Shown here: positions 41,285 through 54,199 of the stretch, piece by piece | Numbering within the stretch: position 1 is the stretch's first letter | Layout of the letters: each line of letters opens with the position of its first letter | Source: Mustelus asterias | Lineage: Eukaryota | Assembly (NCBI RefSeq): GCF_964213995.1 | Contig: NC_135804.1 | Span: forward strand, 58,838,001 to 58,902,000 | Reading direction: 5' to 3' | DNA length: 64,000 nt | Translations under genes and position numbers: made by a program | The notes under the pieces: generated by a model | What the model saw: only the letters and a program-made list of their open reading frames with translations | Told to the model about the DNA's origin: nothing | Database searches by the model: none

Positions 41285-42300
41285 AACTGGAATTCTTTGA
41301 GCATGTAACTAGTAGAGTTGATGGGGAGCCAGTGGATGTGGTTTATTTCCATTTTCAGAACGCTTATGATAGTTAAATACATGGGATTGCAGTTAAGTGT
41401 ATTGAGATGGATAGAAAACTAATTGGCAGACAGTAGAAATAGATCTCTTTCTAAATGGCAGGCAGTGACTAACGTGGTACCATAGGGACCAGTGCTAGGA
41501 CCCCAACTATTCGCAATATATATTAATGAATTTGGATGGAGCCAAGTACAATATCTCCACATTTACAGATGAGACTAAGCTGGATGGGAGGATGAGCTGA
41601 GGTATGTAGAATGCTTCATTATGATTTGGATAAGCTGAATGGGCAAATGTATGGCAGACGCAGTATAATGTGAATAAATGTGAGGTTATCCCCTTTGGTA
41701 GCAAAAACAGGAAGGCAGGTTATTATCTGGCTGTAAATTGAGAGGGAGGAATGTGCAACGAGATCTGGGTGTCCTCCGTACACCGTCACTGAAAGAAAGC
41801 AAATAGTATGCTGGCCTTAGGGAGAGGATTTGAGTACAGGAGTTGGAATGTCTTGCTGCAATTATACAGGGCCTTGGTGAGGCCACACCTGGAATATTGT
41901 GTGCAGTTTTGGTCTCGTGTGAGGAAGGAAGTTCTTGCTGTACAGGGAATGCAGCAAAGGTTTACCAGGCTGATTCCTGGGATGGTGGGACTGACGTCCG
42001 AGGAGCGGTTGAGCTGGGTAGGATTATATTTGCTGGAGTTCAGAAGAATGAGGGGGAAATCTCAAATCTATAAAATTCCTGCAGGACCCAATGGTGGGGG
42101 GAGTCCAGAACCAGGGGTCATAGTCTAAAGATATGGGGTAAATCTTTTTTAAGACTGAAATGAGGAGTAATTTCTTCATGCAGAGAGGGAGGCCTGTGGC
42201 ATTTAATATCCCAAAGCAATTGAGGCCAAAACATTTTGTTCTCGAAGTTAGACTAATTCTTGGACAAAGGGAGATCAAAGAGTATGGGGAAAGGTGGGAT
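41285..42300 (+). mobile_element. Decayed CR1 LINE fragment
   Basis: LYRALVRPHLEYCVQFW in ORF 41808-42128. Confidence 0.85.
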
Positions 42301-42637
42301 CAGGCTATTGAGTTGGATGATCTGGCACAGTGGTCAGCACTGCTGCCTCAGTGCCAGGGACAGGTTTCGATTCTGGCCTTGGGTTCTATCTGTGGAGTTT
42401 GCACAATCTCCCCACATCTGTGGGTTTCCTCCACGTGCTCCAATAGGTTGGGGTGGATTAGCCATGCTAAAGGCACAGTTATGAGAATAGGGCCTGAATA
42501 AGATGCTCTTTCAGTGAGTTGGTGCAGACTCAAATGGCCTCCTGTGCTGTCAGTGTTCTATGATCTGCCCATGATACTGAATGGTGTGTTCTGAACTTGC
42601 CGTTTTCCTGCCAGGTTTGGGCTGCTCTCTTTACTAG

Positions 42638-42850
<213 letters not shown>

Positions 42851-44242
42851 TAACAAAGGAATATAATTCTTGCACACTACTTCATTCAGATCTACAGATT
42901 GCTTAGAGGGAAAGGCTCAGGAGGGGGATCAGCACTAATTTGTTCTATTATTTTGCATTGGCTTTTTATGGCAGTTGCCTTAACTGCAGATAATAAATGC
43001 ACCAGTTTTGAATCTGATCTATACTGATGTATTTGGATCCTTGCATCTTAAAAGTAAGACCCAGAGGGGTGGGTCCTACTGGGGATTACATAGAATATTG
43101 TGACAACATGTTGCATTTTTTTATTGTCAACATGTTTGCCTTTATTTACAAGTTAACTGTGTATTTGAGCAAATTAAACTCTTCATTCTTTGCCCTACTT
43201 GCATGAGGGAAATGAGTAGGCAATTTAACCCTGTAAACCTATTCCACTATTCAGTGACGTCATGGCAGACCTACAACTGAACTCCGAATACAGGGTATTC
43301 TCTCTCATGCCCCACGCTATTTGTTTAAATTTCTATGAAGGGCCCTGTTCTTGAAATAGCGTGAAACTGAAGAGAGACATTCTGATTTGGAAGCCCCTTT
43401 TTAGATCATCCCGAATCTTCCTGTAGAAACCCTGCCTCAGCAAATTCAGCCCATCGTGTCTTGTGTGTATGGTTAATTGGACCTTCAGGTGAAAATTTTT
43501 GCATTGTAAATTGCTGCAACTGCCAACAGTTAACAGAACGAGGGGGTTTCTGAGACTCTCGAACAAGGTAAAGTGCATCTCATGAGAAATAAGGATTGAG
43601 AAATAGGGTGGGTTGTGTCCAATCTGAACAGGATACAAAGATTAGATTGGTGGGGAAAAATCCATTAAAGGGGTACTTGTGATCAAAAATTATTCGGTTT
43701 TAATTTTGTGGTCAGTTAATGAACAGTTGATATATAAATCTCATGGGAGTTTGAGCTTTCACAAATGAAGTGGTGTACTTTGTCCAGCAACTTGTGGCAA
43801 TTCACAATATTGGGAATAGCTCTTCAATATCCAGTTGGTGGCCAATTTTCACAAGCAGTGTGTCAATCTTTTTTTTTCTCCCCCCTGAATTTTGTCCCTA
43901 TCAAAAGTTGGGATGTTTACATGAGCTGAGGGAGAAGACCCCTTTTAGTAAAGGGCATCTGTCCCCACCATCCTTTGTTCCTGTGACTCATTTTCTGCGA
44001 AGAATTTGTTGACTCTTTAAAACCATTCCTATTAGCATAGTACAACTGATTCTGGGGGATTCCAATTTGGGTTACATCAGCTGCTTTAGTGCATACAATC
44101 GGACAGCCTGAAAACTAATGCAGCTTTCTTGAAAGGATTTAATTAATGCCCTTGTAATTAATTGCATTGTTCATATTTAGAGAAAATCAATTTCTTTACA
44201 GTAAATGTTTACACTTTTCAATGTATCTCTTTTGAATTCTAG

Positions 44243-44264
44243 GTTTAATTTTATTTATAACTGA
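44243..44264 (+). CDS. NUDT21: NUDT21 last coding exon (R)FNFIYN*
   Basis: Acceptor GAATTCTAG|G TTT AAT TTT ATT TAT AAC TGA completes ...LLSRFNFIYN; AT-rich 3'UTR-like sequence with AATAAA follows. Confidence 0.93.
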
Positions 44265-47091
44265 AGTTTATGAATATCTCAGACAATATCATGGCCATCT
44301 AAGTCCAGTTTCCCTGAACATTGACCATGGCTTCTATCAGCCACGGACTTGATCAGTTCTTCAAATCCAACCAGTGGCATTTTGTAGCACCTGCCCTGAC
44401 TTGTTGGTGCTTCTGTTCAACTCTACAATAAATGAAGACAAAGAACTAACTGGCGCATTTTTAAAAAAAGAAGAAATGTTTCTTTCTGCTAGTGTAATTG
44501 TTGCGTTTTCTACTTTATTAAATGGATAAAAATAACTTTTCTGAGGGTTTTAATTGTATAGAGATATCTCACCCTGATCATTTTGACTCTACTTTGTAAT
44601 TGGATGTAGCACTCAATCTAGTAAGATTGGCAATTCACTGAATGGATTCTGTGGCTTTGATTTCTGTGATAGAAAGTGTTTTGCTCTCCTCTTGCTGTCC
44701 AACTCTCATCTCGTACATATTTAGTCTTGTTTATGATCAGATCTGGGACCCGTGGCTTTATACAGTGGGTTGAGATTTTAACTTTTATCTGTTTTACACA
44801 AATTAATGTTTTCTGCTCATTCCATGTGATTAAGGTGTGTAAATTTCCTGACTGCTGCTAGTTTGAGGGCCTGTTCAATTTGTCCCAGTGTCTGAGTATG
44901 ATTTAAATTGTGTGAAGTATTTTAATCTTCAGAAAATTGCAATGCTCAGAATCAGTGGGAACTACAGTAAATGCCAGATTGCAGGCAGTCATAAGGCTGT
45001 TTGCAGATCTTGATGTGTTTTTTTTAAAAAAAACTTGAGTGTTCAAACTATAAAGCAATTTGAACTGGACTAAAGTATTGAGGTTAGCCCGGGCTGTTTT
45101 TTTTAAAAAAAATTGTAATTCTGAATGGTAATGAACCAAGTCCACGTCTAGGGGTTTTGTGCTTCCAGTTGGTGGGACCACAGTTCATTTATTACTTATT
45201 TTGCGTGGGAAATATGTTGAATTCCTTCTTGGCAAGAAATCTGAAAGTTAGAATATGGGAATTTTAGAATCATTATTGACTAGTAGTTCAAGGCCCACTG
45301 TAACCTTGGTGATAAACAAGTCCTTGCCTGTATTATCTGCATTTGAAAATAGCATCTTGCCTGTCTTGAAGCTGTATGTCCATAGTGTTGCACATCACAC
45401 TGGCAGAATGGAATGCTAGAACATCACCTTTGGCAGATGTGGGATGCAATTAATAGTGCTGTCAGTAGGATTGCAGTAATCCGATATAATTAAACTGCAC
45501 TGAAAATGTTGCAGTTTATACAATGTTTTGCCTTAAGATTGGTTGGTGCCAGGAGAGAACTGTAAGGATAGTAAAGTAAGAATGGGTCCATTACTAGTGG
45601 GAGTGATTTCAAAATAACATTACTTTAGTGTGCAGCACGACTTTATATAGTCTTATCAAATGCCAGCATGACTATCACTGGTCTTGCTGTAGCTTTGACA
45701 ACCTAAAAGAAATAATAAACAGTTGATTATACTTTTTGTGGTTTCACTCCATCTCCTTCCATGTTGGCCCCTGTTTCTTATCACCTTTCCACTCCCCCCC
45801 CCCCCCCCCACCTGCCAAATAAAAATTTAAAATTGATCTCCATTTTCAGCAAAGTAGCCCTGTGGAATTTCATAATCTGTGTATACAGTCCCTGTATTCT
45901 TATTTATGGAACCTGACCATGGTTCCTGTATCTTCTGACCCATAGGAATTAGTTGATTTACAATGGTGAACCTTGTGCATAAACAATGTGTTTAGCCAGC
46001 TGGCACATTTGGTATCACTGCAATGAAAACTGCAGCGGTTAGCACTGCTGTCTCAGTGCCAGGGACCCAGGTGCGATTCCTGGCTTGGGTCACTGTGTGG
46101 AGTTTGCGCATTCTCCCAATGTGTACGTGGGTTTCTTCCAGATGCTCCAGTTTCCTTCCACACTCCAAAGATGTGCTGGTTAGGTTGGCCATGCTAAATT
46201 GCCCCTTAGTGTCAGGGGGTTAGTAGGGTTATGGGATAGGTCCTGGGTGGGATTGTGATTGGCCGCCTCCTGCACTGTAGGAATTCTATGATAGCACAGT
46301 TGGTGTCTGTTAGCTAAATTGTTTCCTTGACCCTGTTGGATCTTTGGGGTTGACTAACTGAACTGTACTTCCCTAAGAGCAGCACAAAAATGAAGCAATT
46401 TTTCAGTAGTTGCTGTCTAAAGTATTCTGACTAGCCTAGTTATGTTTTCTCCTTTTTTTAAAAGGTAGGATTATGTTGTTGCGGGCAATAGGCTTATCTG
46501 CTCCTCTATTGAAACTGGATAACTTATTCTTGGGTTCTATTAAACAGTTTGAATTTTGTGGAATGGTGGTGCATTGAATTTCCCATTATCCTATGCCACA
46601 TGGTTGGTGATTACAATACATGTTTGCTGTTGCCTCAAACAGAACAAATTTTTAAAAAAACTTGTTAAACACAATAAATATTTGTTTTATTAAAGTTGAA
46701 TTGATTGGCACTTAATGCTCCAAAAGGAATCTCCAAGTCTGATCTCAAACCATGGAAGTTCAATTTTAAGAACTATCATAAACTGACATTACAAAATCTG
46801 TATGACTTGGTTGATATTGTTTCAAACTTGAGCAAATTTATAACATGCTACCCAAAGTAATAAAATATTTGCAAAGCCTTCTTGGTATGAAAAGGAACTG
46901 ATATTAGACTTGTTCCATTGGATAAGTGACCAATTCTCCTGTTTTACCACCTTGGCTTTGTGGATTCTCACCATTGTTCTGTACTTTAATTGCGATGAAT
47001 GAAACTCTACGGTTAATGAACAAATATCAGGAGGCCTTGTGGCACAGTGGGTACCTGCTTCTGAGGCAGAAGCTCTGGGTTCAAGTCTGAC

Positions 47092-50000
47092 ACAGTAAGA
47101 GTTTTAACAACACCAGGTTAAAGTCCAGCAGGTTTATTTGGTAGCAAATGCCATTAGCTTTCGGAGCCCTGCTCCTTCGTCAGATGGAGTGGATATCTGC
47201 TCTCAAACAGGGCATACAGAGACACAAAATCAAGTTACAGAATACTGATTAGAATGCAAATCTCTACAGCCAGCCAGGTCTTAAAGATGCAGACAATGTG
47301 AGTGGAGGGAACATTAAACACAGGTTAAAGAGATGTGTATTGTCTCCAGACAGGACAGCCAGTGAGATTCTGCAAGTCCAGGAGGCAAGCTGTGGGGGTT
47401 ACTGATAGTGTGACATAAACCCAGCATCCCAATTTAGGCTGTCCTCATATGTGCGGAACTTGGCTATCAGTTTCTGCTCAGCGACTCTGCACTGTCGTGT
47501 GTCATGGAGAACGCTTACCCGAAGATCTGAATGCCCGTGACCGCTGAAGTGCTCCCCCACAGGAAGAGAACAGTCTTGCCTGGTGATTGTTGAGCGGTGT
47601 TCATTTATCTGTTGTTGTAGTGTCTGCATGGTATCCTCAATGTACCATGCCTCGGGACATCCTTTCCTGCAGCGTATCAGGTAGACAACGTTGGCTGAGT
47701 TGCAAGAGTAGGTACCGTGTACCTGGTAGATGGTGTTCTCACATGAGATAATGGCATCTGTGTCGATGATCCAGCACGTCTTGCAGAGGTTGCTGTGGCA
47801 GGGTTGTGTGGTATTGTGGTCACTGTTCTCCTGAAGGCTGGGTAGTTTGCTGTGGACAATGGTCTGAGGTTGTGCGGTTGTTTGAAGGCAAGAAGTGCGG
47901 GTGTGGGGATGGCCTTGGCGAGATGTTCGTCTTCATCAATGACATGTTGAAGGCTCTGGAGGAGATGCTGTAGCTTCTCCGCTCCAGGGAAGTACTGGAC
48001 GATGAAAGGTACTGTGTCCTGTGTTTGTCTTCTGAGGAGGTTGGTGTGGTTTTTTGCTGTGGCGTGTCGGAACTGTCGATCGATGAGTCAAGCGCTATAT
48101 CCTGTTATGAGGGCATCTTTCAGCGTCTGGATGTGTCTGTTGCGATCCCCCTCATCCGAGCAGATCCTGTGTAAAAGGAAGGCTTGTCCGTAGGGGATGG
48201 CTTCTTTAACGTGTTTAGGGTGGAAGCTGGAGAAGTGGAGCATCGTGAGGTTATCCATGGGCTTGCGGTACAGTGAGGTGCTGAGGTGACTATCCTTAAT
48301 GGAGATGCGTGTATCCAAGAATGCAACTGATTCCGGAGAGTAGTCCATGGTGAGTCTGATGGTGGGATGGAACTTGTTGATGTCGTCATTGTTTCAGTGA
48401 TTGTTCACCATGAGTCCAAAGGAAGAAAATGTCATCGATGTATCTAGTGTATAGCATCGGTTGAAGGTCCTGTGCGGTGAAGAAGTCTTGTTCGAACCTG
48501 TGAATGGAGATGTTGGCATATTGAGGTGCGAATTTGGTCCCCATGGCTGTTCCATGTGTCTGGGTGAAGAACTGGTTGTTGAAGGTGAAGACATTGTGGT
48601 CCAGGATGAAGCGGATGAGTTGTAAAATTACATCTGGAAACTGGCAGTTGTCGGCGTTGAGTACTGAGGCCGTTGCAGCAATGCCATCATCATGGGGGAT
48701 GCGGGTGTAGAGTGCCGAGACATCCATTGTGATGAGTGCTCCTGGTTCAACTGCTCCATGTGTGCTGATCAAGACCTTTTTGATCCAGACCTTCAGAGCA
48801 CCCTCCGTGCTCTCATCCCACATACTCCCCGCATTGGAGATCTCTACTGCCTCCCGAAGATACACAAGGCAAACACACCCGGCTGTCCCATCGTATCGGG
48901 CAACGGGGCCCTGTGCAAGAACCTCTCCAGCTACATCGAGGGCATCCTGAAACCCATTGTACAAAGAACCCCCAGCTTTTGTCGCAAAACTACGGACTTC
49001 CTACAGAAACTCAGCGCACATGGAGCAGTTGAACCAGGAGCACTCCTCATCACAATGGATGTCTCGGCACTCTACACCAGCATCCCCCACGATGATGGCA
49101 TTGCTGCAACGGCCTCAGTACTCAACGCCGACATCTGCCAGTTTCCAGATGTAGTTTTACAACTCATCCTGGACCACAATGTATTCACCTTCAACAACCA
49201 GTTCTTCATCCAGACCCATGGAACAGCCATGGGGACCAAATTCACACCTCAATATGCCAACATCTTCATCCACAGGTTCGAACAAGACTTCTTCACCGCA
49301 CAGGACCTTCAACCGATGCTATACACTAGATACATCGATGACATTTTCTTCCTTTTTGGACTCTCAGTTGTTTCAGTGATTGTTCACCATATGATGACAT
49401 CAACAAGTTCTATCCCACCATCAGACTCACCATGGACTACTCTCCGGAATCATTTGCATTCTTGGACACACTCGTCTCCATCAAAGGATGGTCACCTCAG
49501 CACTTCACTGTACCCCCAACCCACGGATAACCTCACGATGCTCCACTTCTCCAGCTTCCACCCTAAACATGTTAAAGAAGCCACCCACTACGGACAAGCC
49601 CTCCGTATACACAGGATCTGCTTGGATGAGGAGGATTGCAACAGACACCTCCCAGACGCTGAAAGATGCCCTCATAAAAGGGCGGCATGGTAGCACAGTG
49701 GTTAGAACTGCTGCTTCACAGTTCCTGGGACATGTGTTTGATTCCCGGCTTGGGTCACTGTCTGTGTGGAGTTTGCACATTCTCCTTGTGTCTGTGTGGG
49801 ATTCCTCCAGGTGCTCCGGTTTCCTCCCAAAGTCCAATGATGTGCGGGTTAGGTTGATTGGCCATGCTAAAATTGCCCCTTAGTGTGTCCTGGGATGCGT
49901 GTATTAGTGGGTAAAATATGTAGGGATATGGGGGTGGGGCCGAGGTGGGATTGTGGTAGGTGCAGACTCGATGGGCCGAATGGCCTCTTTCTGTACTGTA

Positions 50001-51081
50001 GGGTTTCTATGACTAAGAACAGGATATGGCGCTCGACTCATCGATCGACAGTTCCGACGCGCCACAGTGTAAAACCGCACCGACCTCCTCAGAAGACAAA
50101 CACAGGACACGGTGGACAGAGTACCCTTTGTCGTCCAGTACTTCCCCGGAGCGGAGAAGCTACGGCATCTCCTCCGGAGCCTTGATGTCATTGCTGAAGA
50201 CTAACATCTCGCCAAGGCCACACCCCCACTTCTTGCCTTCAACCAACCGCACAACCTCAAACAGACCATTGTCCGCAGCAAACTACCCAGCCTTCAGGAG
50301 AACAGTGACCATGACACCACACAACCCTGCCACAGCAACCTCTGCAAGACGTGCCGGACCATTGACACGGATGCCGTCATCTCACGTGAGAACACCATCT
50401 ACCAGGTACACGGTACCTACTCTTGCAACTCAACCCACGTTGTCTACCTGATACACTGAAGGAAAGGATGTACATTGGGGAAACCATGCAGACAGTACGA
50501 CAACGGATAAATGAACACCGCTCGACAATCAGCAGGCAAGACTGTTCTCTTCCTGTGGGGGAGCACTTCAGCGGTCACGGGCATTCAGCCTCTGATCTTC
50601 GGGTAAGCGTTCTCCAAGGCGGCCTTCACGACACACGACAGCGCAGAGTCGCTGAGCAGAAACTGATAGCCAAGTTCCGCACACATGAGGACGGCCTAAA
50701 CTGGGATGTTGGGTTTATGTCACACTATCAGTAACCCCCACAGCTTGCCTCCTGGACTTGCAGAATCTGACTGGCTGTCCTGTCTGGAGACAATACACAT
50801 CTCTTTAACCTGTGCTTAATGCTCCCTCCACTCACATTGTCTGTATCTTTAAGACCTGGTTGGCTGTAGAGATTCGCATTCTAATCAGTATTCTGTAACT
50901 TGATTTTGTGTCCCTGTATACCCTGTTTGAGAGCAGATATCCACTGCATCTAACGAAGGAGCAGCGCTCCGAAAGCTAATGGCATTTGCTACCAAATAAA
51001 CCTGTTCGACTTTAACCTGGTGTTAAAACTCTTACTGTGTTTACCCCAGTCCAACGCTGGCATCTCCACATCATGACTGCC
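47092..51081. mobile_element. Penelope-like retroelement, inverted (head-to-head) double insertion
   Basis: RT motifs (LPKIHK, MDVSALYT, GTAMG, RYIDD) and GIY-YIG endonuclease (YIGET..R..EH...GLN) on both strands; junction near 48768; TSD TTCAAGTCTGAC at 47080-91 and 51082-93. Confidence 0.93.
47151..47187 (-). ncRNA. Minimal hammerhead ribozyme motif
   Basis: CCAT-CTGACGA-A-GGAGC AGG GCTCC-GAAA-GCTA-ATGG; the same motif occurs at 25382-25418 (-), and a core-mutated copy at ~50946-50982 (+). Confidence 0.68.
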
Positions 51082-51493
51082 TTCAAGTCTGACTCCAGGA
51101 GTTGCTGGTCAAGGAATGTTGCTAAATAAGTTGAGTAACTTGTGAATCCTTAACGTACACCAACGGTAGACAGTAAGAACAGGAGAAATTTCCATTACAT
51201 GGTCAGCCATGTGATGGAAATTAATTGAAGCCTCTACCATCACTATCCATAGTCTTGGGGTACAACATAATGTAATGGTGTGTTACTAGAGCAACTGACT
51301 CCTTGGAGGGTAAAATTGCTGGTGTCTATCAGACTGGTACCAATAGTCTGGGGGTTAGTCCAACTGGAGTGGATTGGGACCTGCCTCCTGGCTGTGAGAT
51401 CCGAGTGCTGTAGGTTAGACCTGCCTTCAGGCAGGGTAGAGGAATCGAATACCCTGGGTCTACAGCTATAAAAAGCTCAATTTTGTGTTGTTT

Positions 51494-51637
51494 TTAGGTT
51501 CTCGACTTCTCTCTCTTTGTCATGTTTACTTCTGCATACTCTACATGTTTGTCTTGCTGTTTAGATTTTGATGTTTTCTTGAAGTCAGCGAGCTGCAGAG
51601 TGGCGTAAGTCAGCTTGTTATCTCCGCTTTGTTTAGT
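51494..51637 (-). CDS. Receptor copy B, exon 7 (terminal): TKQSGDNKLTYATLQLADFKKTSKSKQQDKHVEYAEVNMTKREKSRT*
   Basis: Acceptor GCTTTCACAG|, phase 0; ITIMs LTYATL and VEYAEV; TAA at 51494-51496. Confidence 0.85.
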   Translation of the reverse strand, partial: TKQSGDNKLTYATLQLADFKKTSKSKQQDKHVEYAEVNMTKREKSRT

Positions 51638-53122
51638 CTGTGAAAGCAATATTTAATACCTGTTAACTCGTCAGCTCATTACTTGAGGCAATCAGATTTT
51701 TAAAAAGGCTGTAATGAAGTTTTCTCTAATTTCAAGTCACAGTTAATAAGAACACACAGCCCATCAAGTTTAACCAGCTCTCTGTGGAGCAATTTAGTCC
51801 CCTTTTATGCTGACAAAAAGTGGCCATCCAATTTCCTTTTGAAATTATTGGTCTCTGCTTCCCTCTGTCCCTGGCAGCCCACAAACCTATCTCCAACCTG
51901 TTTTTAACCCCCACCCCCTCCCCCCAACATCCCTTGCTCAAAAGCTTCATTCTTGTCCTATCAGCTAATGGGAACACCACAATGAATCTCTGCTCCAGGG
52001 AGAGCAACACCAGCTTTTTCATGCCTAGAACCATTGTTACATTTCCTCTTTAGGGCCCACACATACTAATGTGTGCTGACCTGAGCAGGCTGCAAAACCT
52101 GTGGCCTAACCAAAACTTTATAAAGCTTGAATATTAGAACCATGGAATCCATCAAGTGTGCACTGATTATCCAGGCCCACTACCCCCTCTATCCTATAAC
52201 CCTGTGCCTTTAGTATACCTAACCTACACAATCTACTTTTCATGTTTTACTCACCACTCCCTTACTATGTCCTGCACTACCACCTTCAAAGATTGATGCA
52301 CGTAGACTCCCAGTTCCCTCTGTTCTGCACACTCTTTAGAACTGCGCCAGTACATCGATGATGTTTATCCTTATCCCTTCTGCCAAAGTCCAGCACCTTG
52401 TGTTTTTAGATTGCATTTTGCCACTTATCTGTCTATTCTGCTAGTTTTGTCCTGATGCAGCCCATTAAAACTCATCCTTTGTTAGCTCCTCCAAGTTTGG
52501 TATCATTGACAATTGTTTGTATTGGTTTTATTTTGAGTCTCTCTCCTCTTCAAGTCCTCCCCCAAATTGTGTTGGTATTCTGTTTCAATCTTCGAGTTCC
52601 CCCGCTATTATGACCAATTTAAGACAGCAGATGCATACTTCAATTGAAATAACAGACAAATGAATTTCATACTTGCAGACTGGTGGTTACTTGTATGCTG
52701 GGATGATGTGGCTACATATGGGGTCACGTGGCAGGAGTGCAGGTAGACACACAGCATGCTGCTCAGAGTATTCCATAAACTGTTATTGTTCTAATACTTG
52801 GTCGCCAGTTATTGGAACCCAGCAAAGAATATTTGAAAAGCTGGTGTTACAATTGCTGCTTAAGACTGAATTTTGCATGAGCCCAGCTAATCTATCTGAT
52901 CTACTTACCCCTGGGGAAAGGCTCCAAGGTCCTGTTTACCCACTGGCTTCCTCTCCCCTCTTTCCCCCCAAATCTCTGGGCCATGAGGCAAATATGAATG
53001 CTGGCTGAGATCAGTCAACACCATCAGTTGGTTGATTAAAATGTGGGGCCTTCACAATTGCTGCAGCTCAGTGTAGTACCATTTAACACTGAGGGTGTTT
53101 CAATGAATGATCTGAGCTATAC

Positions 53123-53222
53123 CTGGAAATATACAATACTCTTCTCTATCTGTATGGGTTTGCATTTTTCCTGGTGTTGGTTTTGACAGGGGCGTTGTTA
53201 GTTGAGTTTCTTATTTTGTGGT
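53123..53222 (-). pseudogene. Dead third copy of the two-tyrosine cytoplasmic exon
   Basis: Reads PQNKKLN*QRPC...KPIQIEKSIVYFQ then GTATAG. The TAA is 23 codons before the Tyr, the same spacing as in exons 6 and 7; the acceptor reads TTCTAA instead of AG. Confidence 0.6.
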
Positions 53223-53465
53223 TTAGAACAATCATTACCGTAGCCAGCCCCAAAAAGGGAACAGAGTCCAGTGCCCTTTTTATATTGCCTCTGATTTGCT
53301 TTTTCCAACTAAATCAGTTGGAGAGATGCTGGTGCTTTAGGACTCTTTATTCTGTCCAATAAATTCAAAACCACACTGTGCAGTTTCAGTAATGATTGTG
53401 ATAACAGTGTTGATCTTGAATGAAAATAGTTTGGGTATTAATTGACCCCAGTCCCTTCGTCCTAC

Positions 53466-53576
53466 CTGGGAATAGATGGTGTGCTCTTTCTCGTGTCTCC
53501 GTTTGGAGGATCCATTGTCATGTTTCAAGTTTAGACTGGCATAGGCAACAGTTTCATTATTTGATCCTTGTTGAAC
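53466..53576 (-). CDS. Receptor copy B, exon 6: VQQGSNNETVAYASLNLKHDNGSSKRRHEKEHTIYSQ
   Basis: Acceptor TTTTTTTGCAG|, donor CAG|GTAGGA; 111 nt, phase 0/0, compatible with exon 5; ITIM VAYASL plus a second Tyr motif TIYSQ. Confidence 0.85.
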
Positions 53577-54199
53577 CTGCAAAAAAAATGGAATATTGGT
53601 TGAGAGTCATCTATCAACATTTGGAACTGAGTCTGAGAATGTAAATATGTAGACGGTAACTGATAACATTAGGGTACCATTACACACTATCCACTGATTT
53701 TATCTAATATTTCACAAATTATTTACCCGTATTTACAATTGAGATGATCTTGAGCATCACTAATAACTATCCTATGAACAATACAAACAAATCATTTCCT
53801 CCCCCTTTCTCAATTATCTCCTTTTACTTAATTTGACCTTTTACTTCGACACATTCCATCCCTCAGTAGAAATCTCCAATTCCACTGCCTAACCCAGAGG
53901 TGTAGTGTGCAGAACAATTCAGGTACCTGCAGCCAATCTGAATCAGCTAAGACACCAGAGGCAGGGATAGAAGCATGTAACAATGTAAGGATTAGGAGTA
54001 AAACTAGGCCACATGACCCATTGGCATGCTCCACCATTCAATAGGTTAATGGCTGATTTGGTTGAGGTCTCACCTCCACTTTCCTGTTTATCCTCTAAGA
54101 AGAAATTCCTCATCTTTGTCTTTGAATACTGTGGTAGGGTGGCATTTGTTGTCTCACTCCATTTAAATAGTTTAAATGATATTCTACGTTGAGTAGTAC

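Noticed and set aside
48692-49693. 333-aa ORF as an intact reverse transcriptase gene
   Set aside because: It spans the inversion junction and frameshifts after RYIDD; a defective Penelope copy.
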